Below are positions 28,351 to 37,945 of a stretch of DNA of 64,000 nucleotides, piece by piece. How positions within the stretch are numbered: the first letter of the stretch is position 1; every line of letters starts with the position of its first letter. The stretch is from an uncultured virus (IMG/VR IMGVR_UViG_3300034120_003123) (lineage: Duplodnaviria; Heunggongvirae; Uroviricota; Caudoviricetes): IMG/VR virus record IMGVR_UViG_3300034120_003123. One strand, written 5' to 3'. The notes beneath the pieces are model-generated. The model was not told the origin of the DNA, did not search any database, and was given only the letters and a program-made list of their open reading frames with translations. A program made the position numbers and the translations under genes.

Positions 28351-29246
28351 TAGTCAACAAACTCTATTAAAAAATATGTTTTTGGATCATCTAAATTATA
28401 CTTCATAGAACCTGCATCCCATTTAACATTGATTATATTTGCAGATTTACCTACTACAGTTCCTACCGATTTGCTTTTCATTAAATTTGTTGGCTTCGCG
28501 ACCACCTTAGAGCCAACATGAACTATTTTATTGCCGCCAGACATATAGCGAAGCAACTCATGCAAACCATCCTTGCTGACATCTACAGAAATAAGTGATT
28601 TTGCAATCTTAATAGGATCTTTAGAAAGTAAGTCAAAATTTTCTTTTACATTTGACGCATATTTTTTAAGAGCTGACATTATATTTTTGTCATGATAAAC
28701 CAAATTACTACCCTGACTTGCAAAAGTAAATTTATGATATCTCCATTTTTCTTCATCTCTCATAGTGAGAATTTCAATATTAAAATTTTTACTTTTAGTG
28801 AATCTTGTCATTTCTTCCAGAGGATGATCGTTCATTACCACTATTCCTTCACATCTAGCTCTAAAATTTGGGATACCGTTTGGTATTAAACAAACAGTTC
28901 CAAAATCTTTTTGTTGCAAGTCTTTGCGATTTATTTTGCACAAAACCATGTCCGTATTGGAAAGCATAGAGATTTTTGAAAGAGTAGATCCAAATACGGT
29001 TTGACCATAAAATTTTTGGTCTAAGGCTAATGATATTGACACATCCAATATACTCAATGGCACATAAGCATATTCACCCATAGGATCTCCATTTGCTAGC
29101 AAGTCTGGCAAACGGGCGATTCTATTATCCCTAACATTATTATTATCAATGAACAGACTTACTGCCTCTATTATTGAGGCAGCATCGTCTGGTGATACAA
29201 AAATATCTCGCTTTAAATTAAAAGCATTTATTATATCTTCTATCAT
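28350..29246 (-). CDS. Hypothetical protein
   Basis: 298-aa ORF tiling with its neighbours. Confidence 0.7.
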   Translation of the reverse strand: MIEDIINAFNLKRDIFVSPDDAASIIEAVSLFIDNNNVRDNRIARLPDLLANGDPMGEYAYVPLSILDVSISLALDQKFYGQTVFGSTLSKISMLSNTDMVLCKINRKDLQQKDFGTVCLIPNGIPNFRARCEGIVVMNDHPLEEMTRFTKSKNFNIEILTMRDEEKWRYHKFTFASQGSNLVYHDKNIMSALKKYASNVKENFDLLSKDPIKIAKSLISVDVSKDGLHELLRYMSGGNKIVHVGSKVVAKPTNLMKSKSVGTVVGKSANIINVKWDAGSMKYNLDDPKTYFLIEFVD

Positions 29247-29440
29247 GAATTCTTTTTACGAGAACATGCACCGCAACCCCTTGAACCATTATTATTGTTA
29301 TTATTGGTTTTTTGATCAGCTGGATTTTGCTGCTTTGGGGGATTTGTGGGACCCGAAGCAGGCTTGTTATTGCCAATAGATTGCTTTAACTCTGCTATCT
29401 TTTTAAGTAAATTAATTTTTTGATTATTCATGTTTTCCAT
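29243..29440 (-). CDS. Small basic protein with C-terminal GCGAC motif
   Basis: 65-aa ORF filling the gap, overlapping both neighbours. Confidence 0.6.
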   Translation of the reverse strand: MENMNNQKINLLKKIAELKQSIGNNKPASGPTNPPKQQNPADQKTNNNNNNGSRGCGACSRKKNS

Positions 29441-30053
29441 TTTCTAATAAACCTCCTATATTGCCCTGTAAATCGGAAACCAAATCTATGAGAATATTTT
29501 TTAATTCTGGACTTTTACTACTTCTTACCCTTATTTCAATAATTTCTTGTAATTTCTTTATTACTATTCTAGCTGGTTCAATCCGTTCAGATTCTTCAGT
29601 AAGAGCTAGTTGTATAGTATTTGCCTGATCTATAAGCTTATTCAAGACTTCAGTCTGCTTCATGCTTTCAGGATCTGTTCTATCCTCAACAGCACTAGCA
29701 ATCTGAAATATTCTTTTTTCTAATATAGACAAATAAGTTTGCAATCTTTCTGCTTTTGATGCAGATACCTCTTTCCACTTTGAAAGATCTTCAACATATT
29801 CTCTCATTTTTTCGTGCCTATTGACATCAATAAAATGATTAATCATATGTGACCTAATTGAAGGAATAGAAATATCTTCATTATTTGACTTCAAGAGCCT
29901 ATGCACGGCAGTCAGATTTTTCTCATGTCCATACAGTTCTTCTGCGTCCTGCCTGAATGCGCTATTGCAAAGCTTGCAATTACTTTTTATAATAACTGCA
30001 TCAGCTTTTTGCTTACTAATAGAATTAATTGTTCTTAGAGCTCTGTCTTCCAT
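29424..30053 (-). CDS. Hypothetical protein with putative Zn-binding/HTH N-terminus and helical C-terminus (possibly terminase small subunit-like)
   Basis: CKLC...HMINH spacing; function is a guess. Confidence 0.4.
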   Translation of the reverse strand: MEDRALRTINSISKQKADAVIIKSNCKLCNSAFRQDAEELYGHEKNLTAVHRLLKSNNEDISIPSIRSHMINHFIDVNRHEKMREYVEDLSKWKEVSASKAERLQTYLSILEKRIFQIASAVEDRTDPESMKQTEVLNKLIDQANTIQLALTEESERIEPARIVIKKLQEIIEIRVRSSKSPELKNILIDLVSDLQGNIGGLLENGKHE

Positions 30054-30324
30054 TTGATTTTTTATTAGATTTATAAGATTCTATCATAATTTCATGATTT
30101 TTATGCACCAAATCCATACACTCTTTAATGTAAGATTGGAATTTTTTTGGACTATCTAGGCCGACTTCACAAGATGATTTTAGTAAATATAATACTTTTT
30201 CGTCTTCTGGCTTAAATTCTTGAATAACAGATTTAATTATATCAATAGCTTTTTTTTGGTCAGTATTGACACAATTATGAGCCCTTACCAGTTTTGTCAT
30301 AAAATCATCTAAATAATAAATCAT
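30025..30324 (-). CDS. Hypothetical protein
   Basis: 99-aa ORF, ATGA overlap with the upstream gene. Confidence 0.6.
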   Translation of the reverse strand: MIYYLDDFMTKLVRAHNCVNTDQKKAIDIIKSVIQEFKPEDEKVLYLLKSSCEVGLDSPKKFQSYIKECMDLVHKNHEIMIESYKSNKKSNGRQSSKNN

Positions 30325-30785
30325 AATTCAACTATCTTAAAATGTTTTGAAATATTATCCCACTCTTGGCCTCTACTTTTGGCGACAATGGGCCTACCTT
30401 CATCTCCCATTATTATTACTTCCAAACCGCTCCATTGACCTTGAATCGAAAAATTATTATATAATATCTCGTTTTCTTTGGAACCTATTTGGCACTTTTC
30501 TTCAGATATATTAGAAGTATAATTGCATACTATAGTCATATTAAACTTAATTGCATATTTTTCTAATAAACTAATACATTTTATTTTCTTTTCTTCTGGT
30601 AACTCTGATATTATATTGTTTAATTTCTCTAAGTCTTTAAAGCTTTGCTTGTTACTTGTATCTCGATCTTGAGAAACAGCCTTAACTTGCTGAGCTGGAC
30701 CACCTCTACCTATATTCATAAGCATATTTTCCAACCCACTTTCATCAATTGAAAATGCTTTGGGTTCTAAAAATTCATTTGCCAT
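30321..30785 (-). CDS. Hypothetical protein
   Basis: 154-aa ORF with AGGAG Shine-Dalgarno. Confidence 0.7.
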   Translation of the reverse strand: MANEFLEPKAFSIDESGLENMLMNIGRGGPAQQVKAVSQDRDTSNKQSFKDLEKLNNIISELPEEKKIKCISLLEKYAIKFNMTIVCNYTSNISEEKCQIGSKENEILYNNFSIQGQWSGLEVIIMGDEGRPIVAKSRGQEWDNISKHFKIVEL

Positions 30786-31338
30786 AATTTCTCCTTAGCC
30801 AATTAGCCATCAGCAAGGCTTCTGCCATGCCATCATGTTTTACTTGGGTTATCTCTGAAGCTATTTCAGGAAATAATTTTTTGGCTAGCTCTATTCCCTT
30901 TTTCTTAGCTTCTGCTTTTTGTTTACGTTTCCATGAAGATATTTGAGACGCAGACATCAAGGCTCTTTGTTCTTTTGTCAATTTTTCTTGATACAGCTCT
31001 GGATACATATCTTTCCACTTTTGAGGAGTGCAAAATATATGTGAAAGGCCAAGAGCGCCGACTATACCCTCCCATATGCCATGACCCCTACCAAAATGAT
31101 ACATAGAAACCCCTCCATTTCCAGGCATTGCATGGGTAAGCTCCTGGCATACATGAGCTTCTTTTCCAACAAATTGTTTGAGGTATGCAGACATAGTTGC
31201 AACATCATAGTCAGATTTTTTTTTATTATTTTTTTTAATACTTATGCATGGGGTAGTTTTTATAAAAAAACACTTACCATTATCGTTAATTGCCGCTATT
31301 CCACCGCTAATGCCTGGATCTATGCCAACAAATATCAT
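30775..31338 (-). CDS. ruvC: RuvC-like Holliday junction resolvase
   Basis: GIDPGISGG, CQE, FGRGHG, PQKWK, HDGMAEALL; start placed at the TAATG overlap. Confidence 0.85.
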   Translation of the reverse strand: MIFVGIDPGISGGIAAINDNGKCFFIKTTPCISIKKNNKKKSDYDVATMSAYLKQFVGKEAHVCQELTHAMPGNGGVSMYHFGRGHGIWEGIVGALGLSHIFCTPQKWKDMYPELYQEKLTKEQRALMSASQISSWKRKQKAEAKKKGIELAKKLFPEIASEITQVKHDGMAEALLMANWLRRNYGK

Positions 31339-32300
31339 TATGAAAACCACCAATCTATTGTGTTGTCTACGCCTTTCCAGAAGTCAGCTTGTGGCTCATA
31401 GCCTAAAATACGTTTAGCTTTTTCTATACTAGCTAAAGTCTCTCTTACATCTCCTGGTCTTGGAGGCTTATTAGACACAGAAATCATTCCATCTGCAAAT
31501 CTATCTGTTAAATAATTTAATAATTCATTACAAGAATAGTTTTTGCCACAACCAATATTAAAAGCTTCATGCATACTATCAGCTTTTTGCGCAGAAAGCA
31601 AGCAAGCATTTACTACGTCTCCAATATAGCAAAAATCTCTTCTCTGCTCACCATCACCCTCCATTGAAATAGGTAAACCATTTTTTATTTTATGCATCCA
31701 TGCGGCCAAAACTGTTGAATAAGCAGAAGACCCATCTTGGCCTGGACCATAAACATTAAAAAATCTCAAAATGATACTGTTATAATTTTTTATGTCTTTA
31801 TATATATTTAGATATTTTTCAAAAGTTGCTTTTTGCAAAGCATATGGACTAATTTGCTTTAATGGCTCATCTTCAAATGTTGGTAAATTTTTTGCTCCTC
31901 CGTAAACCGAAGACGATGAAGCAAAAACCATAGAAGTATTAGACTTAAGGCAAGACTCCAATAGTGCCACAGATTTATTTATATTGTATTCATCAGTTCT
32001 ACGTGGATTTTCTACAGAGTAAGCAACTCTTGGAAGAGCTGCCAAATGTATTATTCTATCAAACATTCCATCTGAGACTTGATCCAATATCTGACTACTA
32101 CAAAAATCTACGTTAATTAAATGATGAGATGTTCCGTTCGCCCAATCAGTGCCAAGGTTCATTCTCAACTTGTCGCAAGCAAAAGAATCTATATCTACGC
32201 CTAAGACACTGTCTATGTTCCACTTTTCCTTATTGATAACGCATTCTCTAAAAATTGCAGATCCTATAAAGCCAGCGGCTCCAGTAATCAAAATTCTCAT
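31338..32300 (-). CDS. NAD-dependent nucleotide-sugar epimerase/dehydratase (extended SDR)
   Basis: TGAAGFIG, HLAA, ASSSSVYG, YALQK (YxxxK), LRFFNVYGP, RDF. Confidence 0.92.
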   Translation of the reverse strand: MRILITGAAGFIGSAIFRECVINKEKWNIDSVLGVDIDSFACDKLRMNLGTDWANGTSHHLINVDFCSSQILDQVSDGMFDRIIHLAALPRVAYSVENPRRTDEYNINKSVALLESCLKSNTSMVFASSSSVYGGAKNLPTFEDEPLKQISPYALQKATFEKYLNIYKDIKNYNSIILRFFNVYGPGQDGSSAYSTVLAAWMHKIKNGLPISMEGDGEQRRDFCYIGDVVNACLLSAQKADSMHEAFNIGCGKNYSCNELLNYLTDRFADGMISVSNKPPRPGDVRETLASIEKAKRILGYEPQADFWKGVDNTIDWWFS

Positions 32301-32512
32301 TTGATACCTCCTAGTAAATCTTTTTCTTTCAAAATGTCTACTATGTTTGAATCAACTATCAAATTGAATCCGTCTTTACTTTGAACTATAAATAATTTAT
32401 CTTTTTTTGCAATTAGAAAGTAATTATGATTATCTCCGAACTTAACATCTTTAATTTCGTTAATAACCTCTATGTCTGCAGATGAAGCATGTTTTATATT
32501 TTTGTATAACAT
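32297..32512 (-). CDS. Hypothetical protein
   Basis: 71-aa ORF in tiling position. Confidence 0.55.
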   Translation of the reverse strand: MLYKNIKHASSADIEVINEIKDVKFGDNHNYFLIAKKDKLFIVQSKDGFNLIVDSNIVDILKEKDLLGGIK

Positions 32513-32514
32513 AA

Positions 32515-32868
32515 TTATTTCTTTCCGTCTACATCGGCCTCTAAATCATCGTCATCATCAAAATCATCATCGTCGTCATCATCATCGTCGTCATCCATTG
32601 GCGATATGTCGCTACCTGTCATGTTCGCCATTTCGTCATCGTAATTTTCTTCTAAAAATTCCATCATATTTTTTACTAAAGACCAAACATTGCATAATGT
32701 AGCACTATATGCGTGCATGTCAGTTGCATTAATGTCTTTTGAGCTTGGATTATGTAATCTAATCCATAGCTCATCTACTATTTTTTCTGCACAATTAATT
32801 ATTTGATCATTTTTTATTCCAAGATCATCAAGTGGCTGGCTATTATTTTTGTCGTTATTCTTGCTCAT
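32515..32868 (-). CDS. Hypothetical protein with poly-Asp C-terminal tail
   Basis: DDDDDDDDDDFDDDDD; AGGA Shine-Dalgarno. Confidence 0.7.
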   Translation of the reverse strand: MSKNNDKNNSQPLDDLGIKNDQIINCAEKIVDELWIRLHNPSSKDINATDMHAYSATLCNVWSLVKNMMEFLEENYDDEMANMTGSDISPMDDDDDDDDDDDFDDDDDLEADVDGKK

Positions 32869-33772
32869 GTAAATTCCTTATTAAATTTATCGATTGTTTT
32901 TTGTTTACTTTTCCAGTAATTGCTGCTCTCACATAAACTATACTTAATAAACTATTTTCAAATGTTTTCATTCTTGCAATGTAGGACCAACATAAAGAAC
33001 AGAACATGCAATCTTCAAGTTTTATAAAACCTTTTAATTTTTGATATATCATCTCTGTTAATTTAGATGAAAATCCCAAATTTGTTTTGTTAATTAAATG
33101 AGAAGTGTCTCCATTTGATATTAAAAATTTAGACACGGTATGAACCCACATTGACATTTGAGTATTAACTTGTTTTGAATTACTAAAATAATAATAACAA
33201 AAGTTAATAAAATCACTTTCTGATTTGCAAAAAGCATTAGTCATATCAAGAGAGCTTGCCGGTACGCCCAAAGACAAATCTGCAGCATGACAACTATTAT
33301 TATTTTGACAATAGACAACATTTATTTTGTGCAAGATATTACTCACAAAATCTCTAGAGAGTCTTTCAGAAAGTGGAGTAGACTCTATTTGCTTAACCAA
33401 ATTTGAAGCAATTTCTTTTTCTATATCTGTAGATTCCAAAATACTATGTTTTAAATCTATATACTTAGGTATAGAGACACTTTTAAATTCCACTGCATTT
33501 TTTGTTAAATATTGTTTTGCTTTATCAAAATCAGAATTCCACAAAAACAAAAACTTGTATGACTTATTTAAGAAAACACAATTTTCAAAATCTTCTAAAT
33601 TTTTTATATTACATACTAGACATACGTCACTCTGGTCTTCAATAGAAAAGATATCAGAACTAATGATGGGCATTGGCTCTCCAGGAGACCAATATGACAA
33701 GTTTGAATTTTTACTCAGAGACTTAGCGTGAGTAAATGCATCAAAAAATGGAACATCTGCTAAGACTATCAT
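32855..33772 (-). CDS. Hypothetical protein; possibly a divergent clamp-loader delta (HolA-like) subunit
   Basis: Size (305 aa) and position directly after dnaN; no diagnostic motif recognised. Confidence 0.3.
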   Translation of the reverse strand: MIVLADVPFFDAFTHAKSLSKNSNLSYWSPGEPMPIISSDIFSIEDQSDVCLVCNIKNLEDFENCVFLNKSYKFLFLWNSDFDKAKQYLTKNAVEFKSVSIPKYIDLKHSILESTDIEKEIASNLVKQIESTPLSERLSRDFVSNILHKINVVYCQNNNSCHAADLSLGVPASSLDMTNAFCKSESDFINFCYYYFSNSKQVNTQMSMWVHTVSKFLISNGDTSHLINKTNLGFSSKLTEMIYQKLKGFIKLEDCMFCSLCWSYIARMKTFENSLLSIVYVRAAITGKVNKKQSINLIRNLHEQE

Positions 33773-34911
33773 GTGACTGCAAAAAAAGTTTTATATACGC
33801 AATTCTCAACTAAAGAAGTTAAAAGAACTGGAGAACTTTTGCCTTTAAAATTTGAAGCATCTATATTTATCGTTACTTTTTCGCCAAGCATTTTTGACTT
33901 CATAGACATTGGTATGCAAACAGCATCTATGGTTACGTCCCTGCTTTCATCGTCTTCTGATAAAGAATTTATGTGAGACTCTACCTTGCATGAACCATCG
34001 ACTAAAAAATTTATACTATTTTTAAAAGTAGTAAGCTTGCATTTTAATGTGTTATTTTTCCCGTCATAAGATTCGCAAGCTAAATCTATGTTTGAGCATA
34101 TTTCTTTTAGATCAGAAGTCACTACGGTATAGTCAGTGCCAGTATTACGGTTTAATATAGATGATGCATCTGGCCAATTTATAGACTTTTTGTCCACGGC
34201 TATATAAAACTTCATGCATGAAGACTGTATGACAACACTATGATCATCAAAACTAAACTTAACATAATCATCGTCACACAAATCTAAAACTGGCATAATT
34301 GCATTAACAACACCTATAGGCAATATACACTGCTTTTCTTGTGATGCTTCTTTAAGAGCTTCACATTTGGTGTATGCAAAAAAAGAACCATTACCACAAA
34401 TACATGATATGTTTTTGTCAATAAAACCTAACAACGCATAATAATAAGGCCTCTCAGCATCAATGTCAGAGCCAGCAAAAGATGTACTTTTAATAACGGA
34501 TATAAAAGATGCAGTTGAAACCTCTACGCATTCTTTACAAAGTTTTTTGTTCTTTAAGGAGCCAGTAGGCTGAGAAAGTGGCATAGAAACATTGGTGTTA
34601 TTACCACTAGATATCTTTAAAGAAGAAGGAGTACCTTCCACATTAAATATAAACTCTACATCTATAGTTTCATCTTTGCTTTTATTAATAAATTTTGAAA
34701 GCAATTTACCATCTACCATGCATTCTAAGTCTGCTGGTGAGTTATGCTTTATACTTACTGGAACTATGCATGAAAATTTATCACTATAAACAGCTAAGAA
34801 TGTACGACTTTCCTTGATAATCAAAGATAGAAGTCCATGGCTTGCTACATCTTTTGGTATTAACTTTTGAGATATTCCAGAGAGCGCTTTTGCTACATCA
34901 AATATATTCAT
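33769..34911 (-). CDS. dnaN: DNA polymerase III beta sliding clamp (divergent)
   Basis: 380 aa; VDGKLL, IKSTSFA..D..RP, ILP and WPD..SI match the DnaN pattern; near dnaX. Confidence 0.75.
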   Translation of the reverse strand: MNIFDVAKALSGISQKLIPKDVASHGLLSLIIKESRTFLAVYSDKFSCIVPVSIKHNSPADLECMVDGKLLSKFINKSKDETIDVEFIFNVEGTPSSLKISSGNNTNVSMPLSQPTGSLKNKKLCKECVEVSTASFISVIKSTSFAGSDIDAERPYYYALLGFIDKNISCICGNGSFFAYTKCEALKEASQEKQCILPIGVVNAIMPVLDLCDDDYVKFSFDDHSVVIQSSCMKFYIAVDKKSINWPDASSILNRNTGTDYTVVTSDLKEICSNIDLACESYDGKNNTLKCKLTTFKNSINFLVDGSCKVESHINSLSEDDESRDVTIDAVCIPMSMKSKMLGEKVTINIDASNFKGKSSPVLLTSLVENCVYKTFFAVT

Positions 34912-34913
34912 AT

Positions 34914-35678
34914 TTAAAACGGCTCAATGCCTAATTCATCAACAACTTGTTTAGCTTTTATTTTTATTCTGCTCAAAGCGTTATCTACGCCTTTTATGTT
35001 GACTTTTTTGCCGTCTCCATTTCTATTGAGTTTATCGGCAATCTCTTCATAGCTAAACCTTTGTGCATATAGAGCAAGAACCTTTTTTTCAAAGTCTGAC
35101 AGGTGCTCCATTAAATTAGATATAATTGAACGAAATATTTCCTGATTTTCACTTGCTATAGACTGAGAAGTTTCTTCTGAATTCATTAAAGCGCTCATGT
35201 CAAAACTTTCTTCATCTTCTGAAGCCAAAGCATTAAAACTTACAGATGTATTTAAAGCTGCCTTCTTATTCTGAAAACTGCACTTTAGCAAAGTAGATAG
35301 ATGTCTTTTGACACAAAGTGCAGCAAATTTTTCAAACCCAACAAAATCATCACCAATGATTCTACTAACGTCGAAGTCTGATATTGCTTTGAACCTTACT
35401 GCGTACAAAGCTTCTTGATATAAATCAGAACTTTCATATCCGGGAATATTAAATTTGCCAACTATTCTTTTTATAAGTGGATCAATTTTTTCTATTATAT
35501 CGTTGAATATGATATCTTGGCCTGCCTTAGTTCTTTCTTTCTGAAGCTTTATAACCATTTCTGCTATTGAGCCAGGTCTTGCGACACTGGGCTTTTGTGC
35601 AACTTGTTCTTTTTTTGAACCAGTCTTTTTGACAGAAGACTTTTTTGGTACTTTTTTATTTGCTTTCTTTTTTGACAT
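34914..35678 (-). CDS. sigH: RNA polymerase sigma-70 family factor, SigH-like
   Basis: DLYQEAL, FEKFAALCVKRHL, ALNTSVS, LSDFEKKVL...SYEEIA, KGVDNALSRIK (compare SigH KSIDNALQRVK). Confidence 0.85.
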   Translation of the reverse strand: MSKKKANKKVPKKSSVKKTGSKKEQVAQKPSVARPGSIAEMVIKLQKERTKAGQDIIFNDIIEKIDPLIKRIVGKFNIPGYESSDLYQEALYAVRFKAISDFDVSRIIGDDFVGFEKFAALCVKRHLSTLLKCSFQNKKAALNTSVSFNALASEDEESFDMSALMNSEETSQSIASENQEIFRSIISNLMEHLSDFEKKVLALYAQRFSYEEIADKLNRNGDGKKVNIKGVDNALSRIKIKAKQVVDELGIEPF

Positions 35679-36786
35679 GATTTTTATGATATGATATAAT
35701 AGATTTAACTACGAAAGTTTCAAATGCTAGTGCTGGTATAATTCCTTGCGTCATTTCTTCTTTTGCTTCTTTTATAAAACCAACAATTTCAATAAGGCTT
35801 TCAATACTTATTTTCGACAAAATTTGCTTTATATAAAATTTTGTTTTAGGATTTATGTCAATAAGTTCATTAGCATTTGGACATGTTTTTGCCAAAAGTA
35901 TGTATCTAATAATTCTAGCCATATTTTTTAAATTATTTTCATATGTAATCCCATCATTTGCAAGCTTTAATGACTTCTCTACGCAACCAGCAGCGTCTTT
36001 CTTCAAGATGCAATTAAATATATCAACAAATTGATCTTCATCAACAATCATTAAATATTTTTTAACTTCCTCTTTAGATATAACCCCATCAGCACAAGTT
36101 ATGATTTTCTCAAGTAATTGCAATGACTTTCTAACACAGCCATCACTATGATCAGCTATGATAGACAAAGCATCCGTGTCTGCCTTTTGATTTTCTAAAG
36201 AACAAATCTTGCCAAGATGTGCACATATCATCTGATTAGACACAGGCTTAAAGACAAAGTCAATACATCTATTAATAATAGTTTCCTTAAGCTTTTCTAC
36301 CTCTGTAGTGCAGAATATAAATACAGTATGACTGGGCGGCTCTTCTATCATCTTAAGAGCAGCTTCTATCGCTTGCCCCGTAAGTCCATGAGCTTCATCT
36401 ATAATTACAAACCTTTTACGACATTCAAAAGGTGCATATTTGATTTCCTGTCTCAAATTTCTGATATCGTCAATGCTTCTATTAGAAGCAGCATCAATCT
36501 CTCTTATGTCATTGCACATGCCATCTACAATCTTAAGAGATAAACTACCAGGGGACATGTCTGGTGACAAAGACTGACCTGACTCATTGTTTACTGCTGC
36601 TGCTATTATTCTTGCAACCGTGGTCTTTCCAGTACCAGAAGATCCAGTAAAAAGATAAGCATGATGAAGCATGTTTTTAGCAATAGCATTTTTAAAATAT
36701 GCTTTTACGTGATCTTGCCCAACAACATCTTCAAGCAGTTTGGGTCTGTACTTGTTCGCTAAGTTCGTCTTGTTTACGTAGGACAT
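35656..36786 (-). CDS. dnaX: DNA polymerase III clamp loader gamma/tau subunit (gamma-length)
   Basis: LANKYRP, VVGQ, HAYLFTGSSGTGKTT, EIDAASN, IIDEAH, LKMIEEPP, NRC. Confidence 0.95.
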   Translation of the reverse strand: MSYVNKTNLANKYRPKLLEDVVGQDHVKAYFKNAIAKNMLHHAYLFTGSSGTGKTTVARIIAAAVNNESGQSLSPDMSPGSLSLKIVDGMCNDIREIDAASNRSIDDIRNLRQEIKYAPFECRKRFVIIDEAHGLTGQAIEAALKMIEEPPSHTVFIFCTTEVEKLKETIINRCIDFVFKPVSNQMICAHLGKICSLENQKADTDALSIIADHSDGCVRKSLQLLEKIITCADGVISKEEVKKYLMIVDEDQFVDIFNCILKKDAAGCVEKSLKLANDGITYENNLKNMARIIRYILLAKTCPNANELIDINPKTKFYIKQILSKISIESLIEIVGFIKEAKEEMTQGIIPALAFETFVVKSIISYHKNHVKKESK

Positions 36787-37537
36787 TTTCGAAATACTTT
36801 CTTGTTGCTTTGAATGCTATGTCATTTTTCGACATGATATCAACATCTGGAATGCTATAAAAATGAGGATAGCCAGTAAATAAACTTAAATCTAATCCAT
36901 TTTCGCTTTTATGAGATCCGCCTTGACCCCACATTCTTGCTAAGTGGATAATCATTGCATCTTCTTTCATTAAGGAAATTGCTTCATTGTTAAACCGTAA
37001 ATCATCAACAAAAATTACATCTGCATCAGATTTTTTAATTCTACTAATGAGGCAGTCAACCCATACAGATTGAGAAAAATAGTTTCTGAATATATCTGTG
37101 CCAAGTATCTGCATAATTTCACGAGCTGTCATTTGGCCAGACTTAAAAGATCCATATGAATTTTTTATATGTTCAGGCATATTTTCCCAAACATATTTAG
37201 TTGTTAAGTTCTTTTGCTCATCTGAGCCGTATATGCTATTGTAATCGATATCTAGCACATTGATGCAAAAATCCTTAATTGGACCAGCAAAACTAATAGT
37301 CTCTACGTTTGGATCTCTTTTCAATTTAGCTTCAACATAATTTCTGCCGTTGTCAGTTATGTACACTTTTTGACTCGCATCCTTTGGAACTTGAGCCAAT
37401 AGTCTATTGTCGAAAGAGCCAGCCAATTTATCATTAAGTATGAGACCGTCTACACGAGCAATTAAATATGTTAAGTAGCGACAAAGGCTACTCTTGCCGG
37501 AATTTTTGCATCCAGCAATCGCAATAACCGCCTTCAT
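36731..37537 (-). CDS. Deoxynucleoside monophosphate kinase
   Basis: GCKNSGKS, SFAGPIK, REIMQILGTDIFR, DDLRFNNE, HKSE. Confidence 0.85.
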   Translation of the reverse strand: MKAVIAIAGCKNSGKSSLCRYLTYLIARVDGLILNDKLAGSFDNRLLAQVPKDASQKVYITDNGRNYVEAKLKRDPNVETISFAGPIKDFCINVLDIDYNSIYGSDEQKNLTTKYVWENMPEHIKNSYGSFKSGQMTAREIMQILGTDIFRNYFSQSVWVDCLISRIKKSDADVIFVDDLRFNNEAISLMKEDAMIIHLARMWGQGGSHKSENGLDLSLFTGYPHFYSIPDVDIMSKNDIAFKATRKYFENVLRKQDELSEQVQTQTA

Positions 37538-37543
37538 TTTTAT

Positions 37544-37942
37544 TTAAACCTTTTTAAAGAAAATAAAAGCCTTATTGTTCAAGCTTGGATCATCCACCAC
37601 GGATATATCTACACTTTTGTGGTTCTTAGCGAACCATGGCTTACCATTTCTATTGCCGAGCAATATTTTTGCAGACTTACTTTCAGTCTTTGAGTTATCT
37701 TCTGGATTAAAGAAAAAATGCACACTCCCCCTAACCTTACCGCCATACAAAAAACCCTCAGAATCAGATGCCTGTGGCATAAAGCATTCCCAATTCTTAT
37801 CTCTTTCTGCGGAAGTAAGAGCATTATCTGTGTTGATAGAGTCTAAGACCTCTATAGCTTTCTTGGTAGCCTCTGCAGATGTCTTATATCTACCTTGAAT
37901 GTTTGCCTGACCATATTCATCTCTCATCCATACTTCTATCAT
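37544..37942 (-). CDS. Hypothetical protein
   Basis: 132-aa ORF with GGAGG Shine-Dalgarno. Confidence 0.7.
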   Translation of the reverse strand: MIEVWMRDEYGQANIQGRYKTSAEATKKAIEVLDSINTDNALTSAERDKNWECFMPQASDSEGFLYGGKVRGSVHFFFNPEDNSKTESKSAKILLGNRNGKPWFAKNHKSVDISVVDDPSLNNKAFIFFKKV

Positions 37943-37945
37943 GTT

